Assembly: GCA_026026165.1 (NCBI GenBank)
Contig: JAPEUD010000009.1
Span: 434,001 to 498,000 of the forward strand
DNA from: Sarea resinae
Lineage: Eukaryota
Length of the DNA stretch: 64,000 nt
Reading direction: 5' to 3'
In this document: piece after piece, positions 52,570 through 64,000 of the stretch
Layout: each line of letters opens with the position of its first letter
Position numbering within the stretch: position 1 is the first letter of the stretch
Notes under the pieces: model-generated
Database searches by the model: none
What the model was told of the DNA's origin: nothing
The model's input: the letters and a program-made list of their open reading frames with translations, nothing else
Made by a program: the position numbers and the translations under genes

Positions 52570-54295
52570 ATGGATTCAGCCACAAGGCTTACATGCCCTT
52601 TTGAGGGATGTGACTTTGCCGACGACGATTCATATATCATTCTACTTCATGTCGAGACTCTCCATCCGGAATCTGGCGTGTCCCCATTCGCCGTGACAGA
52701 TCAAGGGTTGGGGGAGCAGAGAGCAGCCGAGTCAGAGGAGTGGAATGGCTATCAATCACCGGACCTTGCGCACGAAGACGAGAACGGTGGCTACGTCGAC
52801 TGTCCTCATTCCGAATGTGGAGAGCCCGTTCTGCTCGACGAATTGCAATCCCATATGGACCTCCACATGGCTGTGAAGTTGACCTTTCGGGATGACGAAG
52901 ATACAAGACCAAGTCAGAGCTCAATGGGATCTTCTGCGAACTTGAAAGAGAGCTCGGAGCACTCTCCCATGGCATTCAGCATGGGATTACCCAAAGCTCT
53001 CAGGAATATTGATGATGGCCAAGAAATCTCTCCCAAGCTTCGCAAACGCCGTCACCGACCTCCAAGTGATGCAGGTGGAAAGGGGAAGCCTCTATCTCCC
53101 TCTTCAAGCTCTTCTAGACCGGGACCTCTCACGAGTGGCACGGGTACCGTCAGGCGACTAGGAGTAGGTTGCCCACAGAAGACGCTTGGAGAATATATTT
53201 CGCTGACTCGTCTACTAGAAGGCCGAGTTGGGACCTTATGCGAATGAGGAAAAGATGCCAGCTTCGTTACGAAGTCAGCTAGAAGAAGGTGCCCAAGTCT
53301 CCGTGGTGAACAAAATTGGTCCCGATGGCTCTCTGATCAAGATTGAGTCTGTGGCCAATGAAGTCAAGGGAATATTGCCCGTTCTTGCCCAGCTTTGTCT
53401 TAAAGATGATACTGTCAATCAGGCATACCTATGCCACCCCGGTGTGCAGCATGTGACGAAGATGGCTCGAGAGGGCAGCTTTTGTGGCTACCGGAATATC
53501 CAGATGATGATTTCATTCATGCAAGCGGCAAACACCACGGGGTCGTGCCCGTTCGGCACCAGGATCCCAACCATCCTGAACCTCCAAGACGGGATAGAAG
53601 CAGCATGGGATATGGGAATCAATTCGATTGGTAGGATTGAGACCGGTGGCATTCGAGGGACGCGTAAATACATCGGAACTCCAGAAGTATATAGCAAGCC
53701 ATCTTCTAGCCGTGGTCAGGACGCAAGCTCACTTTCCTAGGTCCAAGCACTATTTGGTAGTCTAAACATTGGCTGCGAGGCTCGATTCTTTAGCAATTCC
53801 GGGCCACAGCGCGCCTACGATCAGCTCCTCGTCGCCGTTGAGAGATATTTTGTTTCCTTCAAGACTCAACCAGACACGAAGGTCAACAAGACATTGCTTC
53901 CTCCGATCTACTTTCAGACCCCAGGTAAGATGTTGCGATGCTGGCCCTTCGATCCTCAGAGCCTTACTGACTGAGTAGGTCACTCGTTGACAATCGTTGG
54001 CATCGAGCAGAGGAAAAATGACACCTCGAATCTGCTAGTGTTTGATCCCGTTTTCAAGACAGCGACGACAACTGCACGTCTCATTGGAACGAAAGTTAAA
54101 CGGATCAACCCCGAGCGTCTCCTTCGGCCGTATCGTCGTGGTTCCACTCAGCTTGGTAGACATAAGGAACTGGAAATGCTCATGTAAGCCCTTTTAGAAC
54201 GAGACGGCCGGGGTTTTCTCTCTTCGTATTCTGATTGTTCCAGGCTCACTCAACGCATCGACTCATCATCATCAGCATCGACATGGGATTTATAA
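52570..54295 (+). CDS. Peptidase C78 ZUP1/Mug105-like deubiquitinase with N-terminal zinc fingers
   Basis: Catalytic-type motifs GSFCGYRNIQMM (Cys), GIRGTRKYIGTPE, PGHSLTIVGIE (His), LLVFDP (Asp). Two Cx4C..Hx3-4H fingers at the N-terminus. Confidence 0.82.
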
Positions 54296-55023
54296 ATCAG
54301 TCGATCAGGTGGCATATGTTATCAGGGAGCTGTGAGGGGCGGTTTCATAGGCGTGCAGAGGTTACAATAGGGCGTTTCAGCATCACGGCGTGGATGCGTT
54401 TATGTCGAATACTACTACCATACTTGAAAGACAGACATGGCTCTTATAGGCCCTGACGGCGATGATGTCCGCCTACGTAAATGACGGTAACAGTCTCAAC
54501 CGCTGAGACGGATTCGATGCATATGTAGAGTGTCGAGCAGCGATCCCCGAGGGTCACTCAATATTTGGTACTGGCAACACATGACCTATTGCGAAGAAGA
54601 TAAGCTGGATTCGGTGAGAATTCATCCGTCAGGGGGATCCCGAAGCACTGACTCAATACAGTAGTTCGCATCGTGCCCGTCCTAATAGACGTCCAGAATA
54701 CCACATTACGTTTTGGCATGAGTTGAGAGTGGAGGCATAAATTGCTATACAGTGAACATTTGTATTCCCTCTCAGCTATTAACCTGTCCCCAAACTGAAA
54801 CGTGATATAACTTGCAGGTCCCATGTCAATGGCATGGCCACCTATGTCAATGCCTCTGATAGCGATCAGCAATTCCTGGAATACATCGATCAATACAACT
54901 CCTCCTCGCGCCGCGCGAGATTGTCTTAAAGTCTTCGAGACAATTGCAGACACCGGGTATCATTCCGGATTATGAGACAACAAAGGACCAAGACCAACAC
55001 TCAGGCACAGCTGAATAGGCTGT

Positions 55024-58000
55024 TTATCCAGCCGTCTGATCTACCTTCTTCAATCGGTCCACCACAGACTGTAGCCTTGCGGTAAACCCGCTATGTATGT
55101 CACTGTCTCCCTCGACCTCGTAAATCTCATCGTCGACCTTCTTGTGGTATTCCAGGAACTCTTCGATTGCACTGATCAACGGCTTGAGTGATTTTGACGG
55201 CAAAGCAGAGCGGACTCGTGTTGTAGCCTCACTGTCCTGACAAAGGTTCCCAAGCAAGACAGCTAGGTAACCAAAAGCTACATTTGAATGTGATTCTTCC
55301 ATTGAGTCGGCCTGGAGAAAGTCAGCAGTGTTTCTTAATCCTGGAAACAAGCGGATTACGCACCTCTGACGCTTTTTCAAGCTTCTCGAGAAATAATCCT
55401 AGTAGCATATCAATTGGAAACTCGCCGCAGTTTCGGTCACAATATATGATAGCCCTTGATTCTTTGCTCCATTCAGCAAAATTGATTAGTGATCCTAGAG
55501 CGAGGACAAGGTGGTCAAGGGCATGTAAACGATCGTCATCCAATAGAGTCTCCGACAGAGCCCGGAATTTAACATCGACGATATCGACAATCGCCTTGAT
55601 TAGTCCAGGAGAGCTGAAAGCATCACATAGCTGAACATTGTTGTTTGTTAGATTGAGGGTGAGACGAAGCGCCAGCGCCTGAATCTTTTCGGAACCCTCA
55701 TCTGGCCAGCAGCATAGTATTGGAAGCAAATTTGCGAGACCCAACAGCGACTCATTGCTCCAGGGTAACGTATCGGCTCTCGAGCCCGTGTTGATCGTAC
55801 AGGACTCCAGGATCGATATAGCATACTCTACCTCCAGAGTTCGTTGCTTGGAGGACTCTTGCATTGGTGGCACCTCCGAATGATGCAACAGGAGTTTGAA
55901 CAGCTTCGAGAATGCACCCTGGGAGATAATAAGTTCCATATTTCCGGCCTCTCGTGACTGGCAGACGAGCAGCTCCAAGCACCGCAGTCCGACGATCTGC
56001 AACGAGATAATGGATGGTCTTTCTGTACCCCATACAGACGACTTTTGAAGCTTGTTTCGATACTCAATTAGCAAGCCTTGAGTCGCTTTAGAAAGTTTGC
56101 TTTGGCGGCCTTTTACGAGAGAAGTGATATCATCTTCCACGTCAAGAAGGGATATAAGGAACGTGGCAGTTTCTGCTTCTCGGGCTCGAAAGACTGTGTG
56201 TGTGACCGCACTGCTTCCAAAAAGCAGACATAGAGCGGACCCCAAAAGGAATCTCGAAATCACGTTTTGAAAATCCAGATAGTCAAACAAGCGCTGCTCC
56301 AAGCCATGGTCGACCATGCGACGAGCGAAGCCCTGGTCGAGCAGTTTCAAACAGATCTCAAGTAGACTGCTACGCTGCTTTGATAGCGATATTGAGCGAC
56401 GATCTTCCAAATCCTCGAAGAGTGCTTCCATTTCGTCCAGGAACCGTTTATTTCCTCCAGCTTCACGAAGCTCGTAAATGCTTCTTATACCAGTGGTCTC
56501 AGCGTCGCCGTCTGCCTCGGCATTGACCTTGAATCTATCTCGATTCAAAGCGGTCACATATTCTTTTCCACCTCCCCCACGAGTTGACTGTCGATACTCC
56601 GATCCCGAGTCCATCGATATAGGCAAAAGTAGCTCCTCGTTCAAGAGTTCTTCAGTAAGATGAGAACGCTGACGAGCATATGTAATCTTCGGGCCGCCAT
56701 TTACTATTGTTTGAGCCACTTGTGAATATGAAGGATTAGTGTCTGCAGGTGGGGCTAATGGCAGATTTGGGGTTTCCACGGGAGACCTGACAGCAGTCGC
56801 AACCTCAGTTACAGTCGAAGGTTGCTGGCTGTAATATCGCGTGGGTTCGGAGTCGGAATTGGAGCCAGAGTCGCTTTGGTACAGCTGCGCTGGCTCGTCT
56901 CCAAAAGTTTCCTCTTCTGTTGCCAAGATGTCGATTAACCTTTTGTGAGACTTCCGGGGATATCTTCTTAATCGCAGCTTTTCTCTCGAACACTCTGTTG
57001 AGCGGGAAGTATGATCTGAACCACTACAATCTGTTTGAAGGTGTCCCGGGAGTTCTGAGCCTATCGAAACAGCCTGTGAATCATCTCCGAGTAGTTCCTG
57101 CCAAAGCATGGCTTGACGCGGGGTTGAAGAGCTTCCACCAGGACTCAAAAGTGTTGGCTGAGTGGTAGAGTCATTCAATCTTTTCGGTGTAATTGACATT
57201 GGCGAACTGTGTTTTGTGAGGTCGGATCGATGAGGAGTTGATGGAGGTGAGTATGATTCTGGGCCAGCTGCTTCAGAGGCCGAGACGAAACCTTTGGGAG
57301 AGGTCGCGGATTTTCCAGCTTCTGGCTGTGACGGGCAAGATCCTTCGCCACGGCATATATTCCCACTTAGCGAACCTTGATGGATTTTCGTGGCATCCCT
57401 CCGCGTTTCTGGGTAACGTGCTCTACTTGCAGGAGACTTTGGAGGTTTATTCGCACGATCTAGCCTTCTTTCTCTTTTCGTTGCTTGAGACAAGCTTTCA
57501 ATGCCAGTAGAAGCACGCTTAGTCTTTTCGGGTATGGCGGTTTGAGTTGCGCTTGATTCCAGCGCTACACGGGTCTGGAGTGTATTGTCATCAAAAACTG
57601 CTGCATGTTCCTCCCGTTCCCTGGCCGCGGGCCGTTTCCTTTTCCGCGGGCTAGGCTCACTCGAACCAACCCCGATCTGGTTGCTCTTTGTTGGTACTCC
57701 GAAAGGAGTCACGCGGCGAAGGCTCCAGGCTGATGGTGATACCTCTTCCTTCGCAAGCGATCGTTTTGATGTTGTCTTAGGTGTTAAAGGTTCTTCATCT
57801 GAGGAAGGGACATCAAACACCGCGGCGTCCCTGTTCTTTCCAGCTTCAAGTTTGGCCCGATCGTTTGTAGGCTTCCCACGTTCCCGACTTAATGGCGATT
57901 CGTTTCCACTACCAAGCGCTTTGTTTAACCTTTCTCTCGAATGCTTCGTTGCCATCTTTGGGGTGCTCCTGAGTTTGCCTTTTGAACCCGGTTCTTGCGC

Positions 58001-58225
58001 TCGAGTAGTTTCGGGAGATTTCACTATCCTCCTTGACAATGATGATGATGATGTCTTTCCAACCGCAACTTCCGTTTCAGCTTGATCTGGCCAGAGCGAC
58101 AAGCCTGGGCTTTCGGAAGTCAGTGGCGGTCCTGCAGGTCCATAACCTTCAATGCGCCGCCGCGAAGCCTTCCCGTACGTGGCGGTCCTGCCCCGACGAT
58201 TGCGAGAAGCGTCGACTGCGGCCAT
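55024..58225 (-). CDS. WPL1: Wings-apart-like cohesin release factor (WAPL/Wpl1/Rad61)
   Basis: Disordered N-terminus (TYGKASR, VFDVPSSDEE, KITYARQRS), then SIYELREAGGNKRF, LRLTLNLTNNN, LGSLINFAE, VAFGYLAVLLG. Intron 55312-55363. Confidence 0.82.
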
Positions 58226-59530
58226 GGCAAGGTCTGAGATGGTGCTAGCTTAGCAGAGGCGCATCGAGCGAACGGAGAGAAGAAGAGTACTCGATAGCAG
58301 ATAGCAGTCAACGGGATGGGCGCCGAGTTATGTCCAGCTTTTAGTCAAAGCAAGAACTCAGAAAAGATTCTCCACAGTCGTCAGTCGCACAGAAGCCAGG
58401 AAATAGGCAGTGTAAAGATGTCCGGAGGTAGGTCGACAGGTGGTGTGTATATGTGCGTGTGTGCGTGTGTGCTAAGAGTGCATTTGATAGTAGCCGTCAT
58501 ATACAGCTCGAATCATTCGGCGGGCGAAGTTTCGAATGAGGAGATCGGTGTCGCAATCATGTCAACGACCTCTTGATATATGAAAGCAAGCCCCGACGAT
58601 AGGATCCCTTCGCTTGCTTGGCTGATGAATGGTGGAATCACATACGTGAAGTCGATTAGATGAAGCGCAGGGAAGTATCTCGATATCAAGTACTAGATAC
58701 CTCTTGCCAAAACTATGATGCCAGATTAAATTAGGCATCTGAGACCTCCGGTAGACCGCCTCAGCGTGAATTGCGTCAAGTTTCATTACGGAGGGCCAAA
58801 ATCTGCCGGGAAAGCGCGAAAGGGAAACTGAAACGGGGATGGAAACGGACGCTTACACTGACCGCCTTTGCCTCTAGGCGCATTCAATACCACGTATTCG
58901 TACTTCAGTGAATACCTAGGTAGGTATTCAGGGTACGCGGAAGGATAGTATCCTCTGACATTACACTACCTCAACTGCACTCCACTTTGTGTATGCCTTG
59001 GGTATCCGCACCTACCTTGGGTACTCGCCCGGATGGTATCTATTCTCCGTACTCCTTCGGCCATACTGTAGAGTCAGGTACCTTCCCATAGGAAAAACGT
59101 CAAAAGAATCCCCCCTCCCCCCACATACGCAGCACAATCAACTTGCCTAGTAGGGTAGAGTAGGTAACTTCAATTACTTTAGGGTTTCGATATACGATAA
59201 CCCAATACCTTACCTTACGAGAGGACAAATCGACCTTCTTTCCCTACTCGATCCCTGATATCCTGTAAAGCCCCGCCTTCAACTCCTGGACATTTGAGTG
59301 GTAGTTCTTCCTTCAAATTGGCCATGCCGTCCTGCTTCTCGCCTTTCTTCGTTTGACAGCCCGCCTGACTGCAAACTTCTCCCAGCGGGAAAGTCAATCA
59401 GGCTACCTCTCCGGCAGCCATATTCGGTTCCCTCTTGTTCGATTTACGTTGACTCCACCCTCAGTGAAGGAAGTTGCAATTGGCGTCTTGCATCCTTCTC
59501 GAGCAAAGAGAATCTGTCACTGTCAACGAT

Positions 59531-60459
<929 letters not shown>

Positions 60460-60670
60460 TGGCTTTCTTAGTCTTGATATCCAACTGTATCCATTGCTAG
60501 TATCTTGACGGAGAAAGATACTCGCGAGTGGCACGATGAAGTAGTCGGTCACAGCGTTCTTAGAGCATAAGACAATTTTAGAAGACCTAGTACATGACCA
60601 TCCTTTCAAGCCCGAACTCCACGTTTTGCGCCGTCGTGTATGAATAGAGCCCCCATACGGTCCATCTGTT

Positions 60671-61275
60671 TCAATCATCCAAATCCTGATCGTCTTCGAT
60701 GTCGCCGTACTGAGCAGGGCGTGTATCAGCCTGCCTGGGACCGCTATCATCAAGGCCAAAGTCCGCGTCGGCATCTACGGAGACACGGTTACGACTTGTG
60801 ACGTCTGGCACACCGGCCGCATCTTTAGCAACCATATCGCAGGCGTCAATCCAATCCGAGTAGACGTCAACAGCTGCAGAGAGATCTGAATCTGCAGTCA
60901 GCAACGAGCCAGCCTACTGAAGTATAGCAGCCCGTCTCAGAGCCATCGATAGCTATCAAGGACGACTGCAGATAGCTTACAATTGATTCCAGTCTGAAAT
61001 GACTGTCCACAGACTTTACACGACAACTGGCCTACCCCAGCCTTCTTTTCCAATTTGACCGTGACGGATTTCTCGTGGTTACAGAAAAGGCAAGGAAAGG
61101 TCGTTGGGAGGGGTTCTCTCTGGTTCGAAAGTCAGCGATCCGTGTCGCACCAGTGATGTCAGCGAATGGCTGACCTTCCTTGGGCCCTGAGGCTTTGTTG
61201 ACGACTTCTTGCGCTTTCCCTGCGCATCGGGAATTAGTATAACGTATGATATATAAGGATAGAGAGCATTACCAT
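60671..61275 (-). CDS. ELF1: Transcription elongation factor 1
   Basis: ATG|intron|[64 protein letters not shown], with an acidic tail. Confidence 0.92.
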
Positions 61276-62841
61276 TGAGACGATCGCTGGCTGCTCTATG
61301 AATCTTTGGCTGCCTTAGGTTACGAGATGTGAGTTAGGTCGTCTGCCTTTTCATCATGAGCGCCAGGCGCTTTGCCACCAAGGTAGATCACGCAAGACGT
61401 ACAATGCATGGTGGATGGATGAGAATATTTCGTTTCATGTTGCCTTCGCTCGGTAGTACGAATTACTAAAGAACCTAAGGTACTTTGTACTGGATTTCTG
61501 CGCTTACAGTACTTTGGCACGTAATTTTGAGAAAGCACGAGCTAATACACGTTGAGTGCATCTTATCAGATACCTTGGATATCATAGAGTTCCTCTACTA
61601 TGTACTCGATTGAGCAACATTACTTTGGTCATCGCAATCTCAAAGGTGTGCTCACCCACCGAGAGACAGTTCACAGTCAATATCCAATTATAGTCAGGCA
61701 GGTACCTACAGAGTGGTCAGCACGAATTCGAGCCGCAATATGAGGAGCCGGGACTACCTTATCTAGGGTAGGCAGTACTGGCGGAAATCATGGAAATCAA
61801 ATGGACGGGACCAAGAAACATAATGATATGGGTGATCTGTCACTCCGTACCTGCATGGATAAGGTCTTGTACGTGGGCTCACGGACCATGCCCAGCTATT
61901 GCCCCGCAGGGATATACATATTCGTATCAGCCCCGCTATTAGATAGTGATCAGGTACCACGAATCACGGATCATTAAGATCCATGGCTCGAGGGCCACGA
62001 TGCCTTCGTGTGTTGGAGTAGAATACTCTACCGCTACTTTGGGTTGTAGGATCCCTATGCCATATCTTGATAGTGGAGTGCGGTAAGAGAGGGGTCGTCA
62101 ACACGCGCAGGTTTAGAGAGGTAGGCAGACGAACACGGGCGAGTACGCTGTCTGTACGAAGCTACTAATTCTGTCCAGGGTACCTTATCTGCCTAGGTAC
62201 CTAGGTACCTAAGGTAAGGTAAGGTCGAGTATGGATCTTACCTTATCGATTCACAGGGCGAGGTCCCACCCGCGGGCCTAGGTGGGTGGGCGTACCCGCG
62301 ATAAGGAGACCCCAACCAAACGCCGGTTGTTACGGAAGCCTAAGGTACCTACCTATGATCCATACTCAGGGATTATGCAGATAGAACGTAGCGGGCATGC
62401 CCGTCAAGGTAACTTCAAGCTCAAAGGAGGCAGCTGAGCCTGCTACAAAGCAGCGGGAGGCAGACGGTAATTACCTGAGGTACCTGGCCTTACTTGCCAA
62501 GTAAGGTACCAAGGGGGGGTACGAATAAATAGAATCTACGCTCTGTACCGGGCCGTATGCTCCACGATTCTTAGTCCCTGGTCTACCGACATTCATCCAC
62601 GATCTCACTGATAGTCGGATTTCTCAATTGAACCTCTCCTGACCTTTAATTGTATCTGAATGCTTCTTGCTGTTTGGAAGAACAAGACACCTTTCCAGGC
62701 CGAAAGTCTCCTTTCCTTCCAGCACACTGCTCTGCACCCCGCCCACCTATATCTATCTATAGCTCACGGTGTTATTGCACCTAGTCTCTTGCCTTCCCCT
62801 TCGACAATTACGAGAAGTCATCTTGAAACCCTTTGCTGCTC

Positions 62842-64000
62842 ATGGCTGTCCCGAACGGTCATTCTGCCGCTGACGATGGCGCGCTGCTGGGCGAGATCCT
62901 CGCAAGCTTAAAAGAACTGAAGCAAGATAATATACAGCTGTCTGCAGCCGTTGATACCATCAATGGCCGAGTAAATATGCTTGCTGGCGTCAAGCAGGTC
63001 CAAGATCTTGGCGCAAGCACCGCATCAGTCGCCGCCCAGCCGCCAACTAAAACCGCGAAAGTGTCTTCGGAGATGTTAGGTTCTTCTACACTTACGGAAA
63101 CACCTTCTGGTGAACAGTCTTCGCCATCGCGCTCTGGACAGAAGTCAAGCACGACATCCAGGATTATTTTGACAACCTACCCCGGCCAGGCGGGCATCGA
63201 TCCAATCATAATGAATTGGGGCCATGCGGACTTTGCACAGAGAGGTCCCGTAGTTGTGTCCAGAAGTCAAAATACGGTGAGACGACGTAATGGTATGTCA
63301 AAGTTTTGAGAATATGTCCGTCGAAAATGGAATTGCTCGATCGAGGCGGCTAATTGGGGGGAGGGTTTTAGCAATTGGAGCCCACGGTGGTTCTTATTCA
63401 ATTTATCATGCGCTTGCGGTTGCCAGCAACAATCTGAACGTCGACCACAGACCAGACTTCACCAATACGGAACCGGCAGCGAATATAGGTCCGTTTCCGC
63501 AGTGGGCTGATGCCAAAAAGATTGTGTCCATGGATCCGTTAGGCCACCTTTCTCCTTGGCTATTCAAAGACACTATAACGAAAGAGAATGTTGACATCAG
63601 GCCTACTATTGCCATAACTAAAGCTCATATGAAGCTTCCGGAGCTCGAACAAAGCGTCAGGTCGGGCCGTCTTGTCCCTGATGGGAAGATTTGCATGAAC
63701 GAGACCGGAGAGCTGGCAGTCACCAAGTTTGCAGTAGAGCCTGTTTGGTATCTACCTGGAGTTGCTGAAAGATTTGGCATAGGTCAGAACAGGCTTCCAT
63801 ATGCCCAGCATATACAATCCTGAAGCGTCTAGACTAACCACTGTCAATTAATCCGCAGAGGAGGGCGCCCTTCGAAGGTCTTTATTTGAAAATACGGGCG
63901 GTTCATATCCTGAGCTGATCACTCGTGGTGATATCAAACTCTTTCTTCCGCCGATTGGAGGCATGACTGTCTACTGCTTCGGAGACCCTGCTAAAATGTC
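62842..64000 (+). CDS. URC1: GTP cyclohydrolase II-like protein Urc1/Urg1 (5' part, runs off the window)
   Basis: RIILTTYPGQAGIDP..WG..RGPVVVSR..RRNAIGAHGGSYSIYHALAVA..PDFTNTEP..KIVSMDP..DIRPTIAITKAH..VEPVWYLPGVAERFG..MTVYCFGDP (GTP_CH_N-type domain). Confidence 0.85.

Noticed and set aside
54455..54512. C/D-box-like words and a small hairpin (GTCTCA-accgc-TGAGAC); similar words at about 58620-58745
   Set aside because: Box C is imperfect or lacks a terminal stem, and I recognised no rRNA guide. Insufficient support for a snoRNA.
61273..61275. ELF1 first coding exon consists of ATG only
   Set aside because: A common architecture in fungal genes, so not unusual.

Overview
Gene-dense region of a filamentous ascomycete (Pezizomycotina-type) nuclear genome, with short GT..AG introns carrying CTRAC branch sites. 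I assembled 25 intron-containing or intronless protein genes by hand, mostly housekeeping: calcineurin B, FCP1/NIF-like phosphatase, RRP36, RPC19, NDUFA6, BUD31, a forkhead TF, BUR1/SGV1, NDUFB2 (missed by the ORF track), a SAM methyltransferase, a P5B-ATPase, NAP1, SER3, myosin V, FAP7, ITPase, a CYP7-like P450, SerRS, a ZUP1/Mug105-like peptidase, WAPL, UPRT, ELF1 and a partial URC1/Urg1, plus two unknown proteins. I found no tRNA, rRNA, transposon or CRISPR signal. The most interesting observations are: (1) an intact P450-fold gene whose heme-ligating Cys appears replaced by Ser; (2) a perfect 18-bp-arm intergenic hairpin; (3) promoter-restricted clusters of AGGTAC/TAAGGTA/TACGGAGTA motifs with perfect palindromes; (4) UPRT next to URC1, a possible URC uracil-catabolism cluster; (5) a sharp drop in microsatellite density after about 22 kb. 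Product calls come from recognising motifs by eye; no searches were run.
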